Below the pieces are notes generated by a model, which was given only the letters and a program-made list of their open reading frames with translations, was not told the origin of the DNA and made no database searches. 54,615 nucleotides of DNA from an uncultured virus (IMG/VR IMGVR_UViG_3300005662_008418) (taxonomy: Duplodnaviria; Heunggongvirae; Uroviricota; Caudoviricetes), in IMG/VR virus record IMGVR_UViG_3300005662_008418; one strand, written 5' to 3'. Shown in pieces: positions 37,691 to 48,500 of this stretch. A program made the position numbers and the translations under genes. The stretch's first letter is position 1, and every line of letters starts with the position of its first letter.

Positions 37691-40600
37691 TCATGTGCTT
37701 ATGATAAATGTATCGTCATTAGTTGGAGTTACTTTATTAATCATGCCAAATGAGCCGCTATTAAACTGAAATGTTATATTATTATTAGAATCATATACTA
37801 TGATTCTACCTCTGGCGCTCAGTATTGCTGATTCGGCTATTAAATATTGACCATTAGAATATGCCTCCACATCGCTGCAGTACAACCCATCTGGGGAACG
37901 ATATCTCCTAATAACTGAAAAATCTTCCGTAGATAGTTCGTACATATAGCCAGTTCTCAAGTTCATAGCCAATGCTGCCTGACCAAGAAATGTGGTTGGA
38001 TCCACATCTGGTATGGGGGCACCTTCGGTGTCACTCAGTGTCTTGACACTTCCTGCAATAGCTACACGATTCTCTTCCTCCCTTAGGGCTATTCCTCCCA
38101 ATGTGAAATCATTAAATCCAAAAGTATCAATGCTACCAAAGGAATTAATAAGAGATCCCGTTTCTCCATTTATTTTAACAAATGATGGAACTGATGGACC
38201 AGGAGAAACTCCAGCCTGCGTTGCAGACTGCAATACTGTGATTCTTTTTTCGATAAGAAATGGGCTTTCCCTCACTTCGGTCCTATTACCCTCAGAGCCA
38301 ACTGTGATCCTAACCTTAATTTTTCCAAAGAATGTAGTTCCTGCCTGATCTGCATTAGGTATGATGGTTATTTGAGCAACTGCTTGAGAAATTTGCACAA
38401 CACTAGCGACTCCAGAGCCAGTGCCGCTTGAATTTTCAAGAATATTGTCATTTTGATCATAAAATACTAGCGTTTCTGGAGGAAATCCATCCCGAATGGC
38501 GGCTGTTTCATCTTGAACAAATGTCACTCGCGGATTTTGCGCAGCTAATTCATCGCCAATAGCTACAGTTACATAGAATGTAGACCCTGCCCCATCCGCA
38601 ACGATAAAAAACTCATCTACGTCATCTCTTATACCTGCTTTAATTCTATCAAAAAACTGAGAAGAATTTGCCACATAAATGTCTCCAGATGCAGACGAAA
38701 CGGCGCATACTGGATGAGATATGTGAGGTACAAAATAGAAATTGCCAACAAATACATTCAAGCCATCTACTCCATGATTATATATCCAAACAGCACTATC
38801 TTTGTTAAAACCAAAAGTAGTGCCAAATAAAGCATTCTCCATCTTTACTTTGAATACCTGAGTTGGATCCCTTGAAACTATTATATTAACACGATCTGGA
38901 GCCAGCCTAATTGCAAGCACATTTGATGGATATCCTCCAGTTACTCTTTCATCCCTTGCACTTAGTCGTATAATTGCGTTTCCTATTCTTAGAACTATAA
39001 AATCAGTGTTAACACTTTCTGGCATATCAAAACTAAAAACAATTTGCAAAATGGCTGTATTGGGATTGAAAACCGCGCTAAGTGGAACATTTCCCTGCTG
39101 GCTCTCTTTGAAATATGATCCACCAAAACCCTTGATGAGCGATCCTTCTTGATCCAGTACGAGCACTCTATCATTATAAGTGTCGCTCACAATAATATGA
39201 CGATTTGGTAGTCTTATAACCCTGCTCGGGCCATCCAGAACGGATGGAGAAGGTCCGTCCAGCGATGCCATAGCAGCTGCTGGAGCTATTGGCAAGTTCG
39301 AGCCCAACCATGCTCTTCTTGGAGTGTAAGAATCTCCTATTAATCTTGACTGCTGCACAATATTGGCATGAGAAAAGATAATGTCTCCAGTTTCCAACGG
39401 AGACTGTATTGATAAATAGCCTCCCTCATCAGGATTTATATCTATCGCTACTCCAGATCCTTTTGACCAATCATTTGCTGTGTCGAATTCGTATCGAGGA
39501 GTACCGCCTGGAGCATTCAGTATCAATTCCATTCCAGAGAAGACTGGCGTATCATTTCTAGCATTGTTGGTAAATAACCTAACTTCAACCTCGATATAAA
39601 AACAAGATGCTCCTATGTAATCACCGCTCGCAATGGGGTCAGAATACTCTGCAGTTTCTAATTCTGAAAGAGTACTTCCAGCACGATATCTAACCTGAAC
39701 TCGAGTAGAATTAGGCGTCTGTGCGTCAAAAATAATCCCATTAAGAAAAACTAAACTAGATGAGACATATCGATATTTAACAAAACCATAGTTTGAAAAT
39801 ACTATATTATCAGATTGAACTGATGCTGTGCTTATATTGTCAACAAAAAACTCGAAGTCTACAGCAGCACTGTCTACTTCAAATATGATCTCTTTTACTT
39901 CGCCTCTTGCATAAGTCTCTATATTCAATTCGACCGTCTTGAATCCGCCGGAAGGTCCTGATGTGATTTCATTTTCTTCCAGTAGAAAAAATCTTTCGCT
40001 ACTTACTATATCTCCGCCCTCTTGTGATGTAAAATATACATATACAATAGGATGGCTATCACTAACGCACTTTACATCCATGTAAAGCCTATTGAACGGG
40101 TTCCAATTTTGGTTTTGGAAAACTGCTCTTTTGTATACTGACTTCTCAAATTTACCAGAAACAATTTTTGCACTAAAGGATCCGTCGCTTACCGAAGTGC
40201 CATTACTTACTACTTTTATATTATCAGTTTTTACTTCGGTTCCATAAGTAAATCCTGGGATGGGAGTATCCAGACCAGTAGCGTTTTCAAAGCTATCTTT
40301 AAATTGAACCTGACCTCCTCCAGATATAGAGGAGGCAAGTACATATGCGCTATTAAAAAATGTCATGTTCTCAGACTGAAAGGCACTCTGCAATGCTTGT
40401 GGTGATCTGTAGAAAATTTGCACCACACGACCAGCTGGTTGAGGTCTTCCAGAAATACAACCAGATTCTGGACTGAAAAATGCAGTAGTATTATCGAGAT
40501 CCAGCATGGTGGATGGAGATATTCCAGGTATGAATGTCACCATATTCACAGATTCATCGCGAGATAGAGGATAGGTTCGCCTTAATAACATAGATTGCTG

Positions 40601-41353
40601 CATGATATTTCTAGATGCAACTTCCGACATCAAAACTCTAGAAAAATTGGAAATTTGCATTGCCAGACTTTCCAACGCAGCATGGGAAAGAACTCCCCTA
40701 TTCTTTAATTCATCATGATTTAATCTTGGAATACGAGCCTGAGGAACAACACCAGAAGAAACTTTAGATGCATCGAATGACTGAACACGCGCTCCAGGAA
40801 GAGCGTTTTTAACCTCTCTTAATAAGTCTATGCGCGTTGGAGACCCACTGTGACGATGGGATGCTATTTGCTGCTGAGCAATATTTTTAAAATTAATTTC
40901 TTGTCTAACTGAATTGTCTATGCTGGAAACATCTCCAGATGGCGCAAAAACTCTACAAAGCCTCACACCTATATTACTAAGAGCACTCTTGTCAAATCCA
41001 AAACCAAGTTGTCTTTCACCTTGATTTATTTCACTATCAACTAAATATATATAATATTGACCTGATAATCCAGAATCAGGAATTTCCACAGGAACATCCG
41101 TGATATAAGCCCTTCCTCTCACTATCACAGTGCCTGGTTGAATTTCTATAATCCTCTCTCCAGTTACAGAAGATGTTCTTATAACTGCCTGCATACCAGA
41201 CACAATACCGTCACCGAATATGGAGAAAAGTCCGTATAATTGCCTGTCTATAAGATTGAATCTTTCAGCCTCTATGCGCACAGACATAGAAGCATCAAGT
41301 CGATCCCTGTAGTCAAAATATCCTAAACCTAAATATGGTGTTTTACTGGCCAT
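37691..41353 (-). CDS. Putative tail fibre/baseplate-attached protein (1220 aa): anchor domain, HxH, fibre repeat, CBM-like jelly roll, NHL repeats
   Basis: N-terminal FGDGIVSGM...IEIQPG; SHRH at 40850-40858; FDASKVSSGVVPQARIP fibre-type repeat; NWNPFNRLYMDVK...FKTVELNI...FFVDNI (CBM/CIA30-like); NHL LDGPSRVIRLPNRHIIVSDTYNDRVLVLD. Confidence 0.72.
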   Translation of the reverse strand: MASKTPYLGLGYFDYRDRLDASMSVRIEAERFNLIDRQLYGLFSIFGDGIVSGMQAVIRTSSVTGERIIEIQPGTVIVRGRAYITDVPVEIPDSGLSGQYYIYLVDSEINQGERQLGFGFDKSALSNIGVRLCRVFAPSGDVSSIDNSVRQEINFKNIAQQQIASHRHSGSPTRIDLLREVKNALPGARVQSFDASKVSSGVVPQARIPRLNHDELKNRGVLSHAALESLAMQISNFSRVLMSEVASRNIMQQSMLLRRTYPLSRDESVNMVTFIPGISPSTMLDLDNTTAFFSPESGCISGRPQPAGRVVQIFYRSPQALQSAFQSENMTFFNSAYVLASSISGGGQVQFKDSFENATGLDTPIPGFTYGTEVKTDNIKVVSNGTSVSDGSFSAKIVSGKFEKSVYKRAVFQNQNWNPFNRLYMDVKCVSDSHPIVYVYFTSQEGGDIVSSERFFLLEENEITSGPSGGFKTVELNIETYARGEVKEIIFEVDSAAVDFEFFVDNISTASVQSDNIVFSNYGFVKYRYVSSSLVFLNGIIFDAQTPNSTRVQVRYRAGSTLSELETAEYSDPIASGDYIGASCFYIEVEVRLFTNNARNDTPVFSGMELILNAPGGTPRYEFDTANDWSKGSGVAIDINPDEGGYLSIQSPLETGDIIFSHANIVQQSRLIGDSYTPRRAWLGSNLPIAPAAAMASLDGPSPSVLDGPSRVIRLPNRHIIVSDTYNDRVLVLDQEGSLIKGFGGSYFKESQQGNVPLSAVFNPNTAILQIVFSFDMPESVNTDFIVLRIGNAIIRLSARDERVTGGYPSNVLAIRLAPDRVNIIVSRDPTQVFKVKMENALFGTTFGFNKDSAVWIYNHGVDGLNVFVGNFYFVPHISHPVCAVSSASGDIYVANSSQFFDRIKAGIRDDVDEFFIVADGAGSTFYVTVAIGDELAAQNPRVTFVQDETAAIRDGFPPETLVFYDQNDNILENSSGTGSGVASVVQISQAVAQITIIPNADQAGTTFFGKIKVRITVGSEGNRTEVRESPFLIEKRITVLQSATQAGVSPGPSVPSFVKINGETGSLINSFGSIDTFGFNDFTLGGIALREEENRVAIAGSVKTLSDTEGAPIPDVDPTTFLGQAALAMNLRTGYMYELSTEDFSVIRRYRSPDGLYCSDVEAYSNGQYLIAESAILSARGRIIVYDSNNNITFQFNSGSFGMINKVTPTNDDTFIIST

Positions 41354-41356
41354 TAA

Positions 41357-41578
41357 TTACCTAGCTACATGTCCCATGTTTATTCCGACGCGCATAGCAG
41401 ATCTCTGATCCTCATTTTCTATATAACCAGCGCTATAGGCGCCACCTCCATGGCCTTTTCCAGTTATTCTCGTAACAAGAAAACCGACTGGATCGGACTC
41501 TTCATAGCCTCTTTCTATGGCATCGGATGTTTTTCTCTCCAAGCTTTCTAAAGTATTTTTAAATAAATTACCGTTCAT
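41357..41578 (-). CDS. Small hypothetical protein (73 aa)
   Basis: Fills the gap with 3-nt spacers on both sides and shares the operon strand; Gly-rich GKGHGGGAYSAG. Confidence 0.75.
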   Translation of the reverse strand: MNGNLFKNTLESLERKTSDAIERGYEESDPVGFLVTRITGKGHGGGAYSAGYIENEDQRSAMRVGINMGHVAR

Positions 41579-41581
41579 AAC

Positions 41582-44500
41582 TTATACTCCTATTTCATAT
41601 GTATTTGGTTTTCTAAACTCTATCTTCTCTGCTGGCATCAGATAGCGTCCTCGGACTTGAGAAAACCACGTATTTGTCTTAGGATCAATTTCATTGGAAA
41701 CCTCCCTTAAAAGCAATTTAAATGCACCTGGACCGACTCCGTCCAATATTACTGTCTGAAGTGGTCTTAACCCTATTCTACCAGGAACAGAGAAGGATGC
41801 CTCAACTGGAGGATTCATCATGGTAGTGTATCTCGAAGCTATCTTCTTAACTGCTTCGCTACTTCCAAAAAAACCGCTTTTTTGAACAAACATCTTTCTA
41901 TATCCGATGAATCCAGGACTTGTAGGATCATACATGCTTGCCTTATTTAAGTGAGAAGCAGTTTTTATACTCATATCAGGACTGGTACTATATATTCTTA
42001 TTTCGTTTTTAATTTCACTAGTATTGCGGCTAAAACTATATGATACTCCAGTAACCACATTCCACCAATTAACATCGTCAACTTCAGATACATTATATGT
42101 ATCTATTGACACCGATGGTCCAGGAGTATTGCCAACAGAAGCCGGAGATGATGCATTAGATCTTGCTGGGTTATTCTTTGGCTTCATTGTTATGGAAAAT
42201 TTATCATATATAGGAGCTTCATATAATTCAGATCTACCAGAACCTGCATTTACTTTTTGCATATTCTCCAGTTCATCTTCGGGAACATCAAAATGCATAA
42301 CTCCCAGTCTATCAAAATACATTATTTTTCCAGATACCTTAGCCATCTTGCTAAGTATGTTGGAATAAGGTTCAAATTTAGAAGCCTTAAATCTCGGCGA
42401 ATTTATCATATCATATGATCCGGGAAGAACATAGTCATTCACAAGAATTTCTTCCCCATCATATTCAATAGTATAGTATTCTTCCTTGCTCGTAGACTGC
42501 GCTAGGCGCTTAACTAATGATGCTGGATCATACATGGGATCTCTTTCTCCAGCATAGAATCCAGCCTGTGCAAGAACATCTAAAACTGCGTTGTAATCAC
42601 GCATCGCATCGTAAAAGGTTGGCTGTATCCATAATGAATGCTCAAGCATTTCACTATAGTCGCTCAATGTGCAACTCATTCTTACGCCTTTAGCCTCTAC
42701 CGTAAAGGCTGTTTTTACACATATCCCTGTAAAAAGAACGTTATTTATTCCGTCTGGAGGCTCATTATCCTTAGTTCCCCAAAACCATCCAGCATAATCA
42801 GTACCAGAATTTATGGTGTCAGGGCTTCTATGCGCTCTTACTCTAAGGTAAAAATACTTATCTTGCAAACTAGCTAAAAAATCATCTGTTGCTATTTTTG
42901 TTCCCAATGAAGTCCCTGCAACTAATTCAGATGAAGAAGACCTATTGTTACGAGGAGATGGTGAATTGCCATTAGATGGCAAGTCATTGATTCTGACTCT
43001 ATTAATTAATTCCAAAACTCTACTGGCAGAATCGAAACTTAAAAATAAATCCAAACTAGCCGTATGTTTTATTGTTTCCTTATTCTGTTCTATCATCTGC
43101 TCTTGATATCGAAGCACCTGACCCACAACATCTACGGCATCGCATTGAAACATGGGAGAAGCAGATCCTCCTTCTGCTATGAATAATTCAAAATCCTTTA
43201 ATATTGGTCTTATGCAGTTACTCAAGATTAAAGGCTGACTTACTTTTGCTTTTTCCGAATCTACAGAGAATAAAGAAACACTACCAGCTTTTAACATAAC
43301 CATTGGCATAACATGATTTGCCAAATCCAGAGGATTCGATATTGTAAAACTAGTTTTTATTTCGCATTGCTCAGTCAGTTGAAACCAATTTGTACCAAGA
43401 AGAGATTGAGAAGAAGATTTTGCATAGGCAGAATCCGCTGGGATAACAGCCCTAAAGTCAAAGGGCAAGTCAGTGTAATAAAATATGTTATCTTCACCGT
43501 TTATCTGTTGCAAATAAGAATGAGATATGTTTCTAGTAGCAAGCGGGGTCAATGGTGAAGAAAATACAATAGGTCCATCTTCATTTTCTATAATGCCGCC
43601 AACTCCAGTTTTTTGCTGCTGAGATGAAGGCCTTTCTGGTCCACCTTTCGATCTAAGCAAAACATTTACTGCTGGACTATAATTTTCTAGCCCAAGAACA
43701 CCAGATGGCAATTCTGGAGATAGCGTTGCTGATTCTGGATATTCTATGGGACTAAATATAAAAGCCATTTTCTTATTGCCAAAACAAATATTAACATTTC
43801 CCTCCAGCATAATCACTGCAGAATCATTAGAAGCATTTGGATAACGATCCATCCATTCAGAAAAGGGCAAACACTGTGGAGCGTTTATTGCAGATTGAGA
43901 CAGAACTTCTCCCGTTGCAATCTCAGAATTGCTCCATCTAGTGCGAGATATGACATATATTGATCCCTCATTGCCAAAGCTAATTCCTAACTTTCCCCCG
44001 ACATGTTGGAACCTAACAACAAATGAGTCTTTTGACAGTAACTGTTTTCCAGAGAACCCGAAATCTAGCAATATACGCGAGTGATATACATTTTGCTGAA
44101 CAATTTTTTCTGTCTGTGAAATTCCCTGTAAAGATTCATCTATATAATCAATTATCTCTGGGTCGCTAGTGCCTTCACAAAATATTACATTCCCTCTTTC
44201 TGGGATAATTAAAAAATAGCGATTCTCTTTTCCTCCATCTATTTCTATTACTACATACGGTTGATCAGCGAGATAATAATTACTGGAACCAGAAGCAACA
44301 ATAAGCCTTTTCTGTTTGTCTTTAGAAAATGAGCAAACTGCATTGTTGGATGCCATATTCTGGAATTGTCCCACATAAATATCTGAGAAATCTGGACTTC
44401 TTGCAGCATCAATGATGTCATAGTGATCTCTCAGGCTCCATAGCATTGTCGACTTGTCATTATCTATAGCCTGAGCCTTTGCTACAGCTGCTTCCTTAGC

Positions 44501-45529
44501 CATAGACTTAAATGCTATTTCAAAATCCATTCCTCTGAATATGGGAGAATATTTTCTATACTTAGAATGAATTCCTGGGTGCACATAGTTTCTAATAAGG
44601 TTGCATTTTTCAGCCAATGGCCTTCCAAATCTATTACCTTTCACAGCAGGATGTATGTAAGAACTTCGAACTTCAGCCCACCCTCGTGGATCTTGTTCAA
44701 CTACAGAGTCTATAAAAACATTGTTTACCGTTATATTTCTCATGCCAGAATTTTCAGGGCATTTCTTTTCTTCATCCTGATTAATCTCATCTATTGGGCA
44801 TGTTTCTGGAGCAGAAATCGGAGGCAAGTTCATTCTTGTATCTGGAGGAATATTGCTATCAACTTTTGTACGTAATTGACTTTGGCTTTCATTAGCAGCT
44901 TGACAAGAATACTGTATGGATCCAGATCCTATGTGAGAGCCAGGGATTATTGCCTCTCTATGATAAGGCACAAATTTCCTAAAGAATGAATACATTCTTT
45001 CTTTAGTGTCTCCCTCATCAGCAAATTTCTCTGCTTCAGACAAGGCATCAGCATCATTATTCAATCCAGCCCTAAATAAGCTTCCGTCTGGTATGAAAAG
45101 AAAATGCTCCACTTGAGCTGAATTTACCGAGTTAAAGATATAAGAACCGTCAGACGAGTAAAAAGAAATCTGCTTATCAAGACTGTCTTCATATTTTATA
45201 GAACCAGGATTCGCCCAAGAATTTCTATCATCAGCGCTTAATTCAGAACTTGGGGCAGATGCAAATTGCTCCTGTTCTCCGACCATAAAAGCTAGCCAAT
45301 TATGATATTTATAAGGATTGACTCCACGTAATGTAATTCCGAATTCTCCCGCGTCACCTTCCGCTATCGCTTCTAACTTTTCTTTATCTTTAAAATTAAA
45401 TAAATGCAAACTGTGTTGATTGAATACATAAGAAAATGCTTGCCTATTTCTTTTACGAGTAGGAGAAACTCCGCCTATAGTGACGGACATATTAATTATT
45501 CCCAAGCTAACTGGAGCAGTCTGACTCAT
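41582..45529 (-). CDS. Putative baseplate hub/tail-tip protein (gp27/gpD-like C-terminal half), 1315 aa
   Basis: LSKMAKVSGKIMYFDRLGVMHF and NEIRIY...EAVKKIASRY...ASFSVPGRIGLRPLQTVIL...LLREVSNEID follow the hub-protein pattern; position downstream of a tape-measure-like gene agrees. Confidence 0.6.
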   Translation of the reverse strand: MSQTAPVSLGIINMSVTIGGVSPTRKRNRQAFSYVFNQHSLHLFNFKDKEKLEAIAEGDAGEFGITLRGVNPYKYHNWLAFMVGEQEQFASAPSSELSADDRNSWANPGSIKYEDSLDKQISFYSSDGSYIFNSVNSAQVEHFLFIPDGSLFRAGLNNDADALSEAEKFADEGDTKERMYSFFRKFVPYHREAIIPGSHIGSGSIQYSCQAANESQSQLRTKVDSNIPPDTRMNLPPISAPETCPIDEINQDEEKKCPENSGMRNITVNNVFIDSVVEQDPRGWAEVRSSYIHPAVKGNRFGRPLAEKCNLIRNYVHPGIHSKYRKYSPIFRGMDFEIAFKSMAKEAAVAKAQAIDNDKSTMLWSLRDHYDIIDAARSPDFSDIYVGQFQNMASNNAVCSFSKDKQKRLIVASGSSNYYLADQPYVVIEIDGGKENRYFLIIPERGNVIFCEGTSDPEIIDYIDESLQGISQTEKIVQQNVYHSRILLDFGFSGKQLLSKDSFVVRFQHVGGKLGISFGNEGSIYVISRTRWSNSEIATGEVLSQSAINAPQCLPFSEWMDRYPNASNDSAVIMLEGNVNICFGNKKMAFIFSPIEYPESATLSPELPSGVLGLENYSPAVNVLLRSKGGPERPSSQQQKTGVGGIIENEDGPIVFSSPLTPLATRNISHSYLQQINGEDNIFYYTDLPFDFRAVIPADSAYAKSSSQSLLGTNWFQLTEQCEIKTSFTISNPLDLANHVMPMVMLKAGSVSLFSVDSEKAKVSQPLILSNCIRPILKDFELFIAEGGSASPMFQCDAVDVVGQVLRYQEQMIEQNKETIKHTASLDLFLSFDSASRVLELINRVRINDLPSNGNSPSPRNNRSSSSELVAGTSLGTKIATDDFLASLQDKYFYLRVRAHRSPDTINSGTDYAGWFWGTKDNEPPDGINNVLFTGICVKTAFTVEAKGVRMSCTLSDYSEMLEHSLWIQPTFYDAMRDYNAVLDVLAQAGFYAGERDPMYDPASLVKRLAQSTSKEEYYTIEYDGEEILVNDYVLPGSYDMINSPRFKASKFEPYSNILSKMAKVSGKIMYFDRLGVMHFDVPEDELENMQKVNAGSGRSELYEAPIYDKFSITMKPKNNPARSNASSPASVGNTPGPSVSIDTYNVSEVDDVNWWNVVTGVSYSFSRNTSEIKNEIRIYSTSPDMSIKTASHLNKASMYDPTSPGFIGYRKMFVQKSGFFGSSEAVKKIASRYTTMMNPPVEASFSVPGRIGLRPLQTVILDGVGPGAFKLLLREVSNEIDPKTNTWFSQVRGRYLMPAEKIEFRKPNTYEIGV

Positions 45530-48500
45530 GGTATATGATCCCCTTTGACTGTCGAAGCAGTGACGGTCAAGGCTCTAATCTCTCCTCGATCTCCTTCGAA
45601 ATGCAATCTTAACGCGCCATTTGATAAATATATCATGGATGGAGCTTTGCCGCCCAATGATATATTACCCAAATTGCCAATATTATTCCTGCTTATAGGT
45701 CCGTCTATTCTCCATGAGAAGTCGCATTGATTATTAATAAGAGGTAGCTCATATTCACTGGGGACTATGCCAGCTATCACGCTAGGAAGCACGGAAACAC
45801 CATAGACAACATCCTCTCTTTGATCTGTAGTGAAAATTCTGTTAAAATCTTTATTGCAATCCAAAGTAAAAACTGAAATTGGAACTTCTTGTAGAAAAAG
45901 CATGTTTCTTATCGAATAGCAAAAAGCAACTCTTTGTCCATAAAGATCCAGAGCAGTGCTGATGGAGTCAACGCTAGGACATGCCCCATTGATATATGAA
46001 AACTTACCAGAGACTTCTCTAGTAAAACTTCCTCTGTCTGTTTTTAAAAACTTTAGTGGTCTATATGGGACACCAGCAGGAAAGTGAGAAAAAGCACTTC
46101 TCCATGTTATGCCGTCGTCATTGGAAAGACGCAGCAGAACCCCTCCGTCTTTAACGGATGCGAATAGCAACATTCCATCAGGAAGCACTTCAAAAGAATA
46201 AGATCCAGAAGCAGATTGATTATATAAGTTTTTAATATCATCATCACTAGATGCATATTCATTGCCTATATAAAATCTAGCGGATATCTCATCTCCGCTT
46301 TTTACTGTGTTGGAAAATTTTCGCGCATTATTAAAACTATCTTTTTCTGCCTGTATAAATTCAGAGTTTGCTCCATATACCAGATACCCAGGAGATATTC
46401 TTATTCTATTTTGCAAAAAACTGGTCCTGACATCATTTACATTGAATATTTGACCATATTTTTCCCCGCTTAGTCCATATAGACTTCCATCTGGAAGTAC
46501 AAATCTATTTTTTACTGGAGCAGTATAATTGTTAGCAGCATCTTCAAGCCAGTCGTTGTTTATAGGCTTTACAAACATGCAATCATTTAATGAGAATGAT
46601 AAGAAAACCTTATTAGCATTATGTGCCGACCTAATCATAACTGATGCAAAAGATTCTCCAGAAAAAGATTGGACTGCATTTTTTATCTGCTTCCACATAA
46701 AATTTTCATCTTCTTTTACAAGCAAATCCACAGATGCACCGCCTGGATTGTTCACAGCCAGTGCAGCCACGTATCTTCCACCAGCAGTTATTGCTATAGC
46801 AGCATCAAGAGCATCTATCTTATATTTCTCAACTGCATTTTTATCAACAGTATAAAGTTCGGCAATGGATTCAGAGACCTCAAAGGAGTCCAATGCTCCG
46901 CCAAATACTGTTAAATTTCCACCATAGTATGGCACCTTAAAGTCAAAAGTTATTTCCGTTTCGCTAACATTAATATTATTAAAAAGCATTGCATCAGCAC
47001 TAAAAAGACTAGAAGATGAAGAGAATGCTATATTAACAAAATTAGAAGACGAGCTTATGTCCGCCGCGAGCCTTCCAGTGATCCTAATCCTGCCTGTCTC
47101 GACAAGGATGTTGTCACTTAAAGAAAATGAAATAAAACCTTCCGATCTCACTTCTCTAGACCATGATCCTCTTTGATAATTATTAAAAGATACATTTCGA
47201 GTACCATGCGATCCTCTTACGGCAATAGTGGATCCTTTTAGTGGTGGATCATCGATACTATTTGACTTTGGCTCTTTTTTCCTTAAAACTAAAGCGCCAT
47301 TTGGCATAAGAGGGATGCTATCTATCGATTTACCATACCATGATGGTCTTGTCATGTCTGGAATATCTGTCCTAATATCAAGAGATGGAAAATTGAAATC
47401 CTTAATATATGATCTTCGACGTTGACTTTCTAAGAGACCATTTATATAAATAGATCTTACATCTGCTCCGCCAAATGATCCGACACTAATAAGAGCTCCG
47501 TTTATGCCATGATAATCTAGACATGTAGAAATCTTTCCAGAGGTAGCGACGGTGGCGACATAAGGTATGTTAACCTCAGAATTACCACCAGTTGCAACAC
47601 TTATAGGATCTGTTTTTTCGAAATATATTCTACCATTAAATTTCAAGTTGACTGGCGATATTGGATTCCATTCCGCTTCCGCTGTAAGGCTTCCTGGTAT
47701 AAAATTTTGTCCAGTTCTAGATCCAACTTGCGCTTGAATAAATCTAAGACTCATAGAGCGCGGCATGGGTGACTCAAAGTCAAAGTATGCATTCGACAAA
47801 TCATAATACATTCGGTTTGCGTCATTGTCGGTTATTGGTGGCGGATTCCTGACTATATCAAACTGGGCAGTAACCCATTCACCAGATTCTCTTCTTTCCA
47901 GTAAATTTAATGCGCATATACCGACCCCAGAAGATGGATCATTTTGAGAAAAAACAGATATTTGAGACAGCGCCCTTGCAAGACGATGATCATATGGAAT
48001 CTTATCATTATCTGGCACTAGCGAATTAGTAACAGATGACAAATCGTAAAATAGATTTATAAAACCATTGTCATTTGCGGCTCTAAACGAATAATCTCTT
48101 TCTACGACTGGATTTAAAATGGTATTTTTAAAAAAGGTGTTAAACCAGGTCTGATCTCTTATCGCTGATTTTGGCACAAGTATTTCAACCATGCCAAACG
48201 GAGATATATACGCAATTCCTCCGTCCACAGTACTAGTGCCTTCTGAGTTTGTTGCGAACTTGTCAGCAGCAGCGAAATAGCCCAATGGAAACCTCTCTGC
48301 AACTGGAAGAAAAGAATCTATTTTTAACTTTGCCAATCTCATCCCGAAAAAATTATGCACAGAAGCATCTTCCTCTGGAGACAATGGTCTAATTTGATTT
48401 ATGATTTTCTGATATGGAAGAACTTTAGCATTTTCTGAAACAACGCTACTTGAGAACGGAGGTATGTCCACGAGTGGGTCGGATTCAGAAATTCCTCCGT

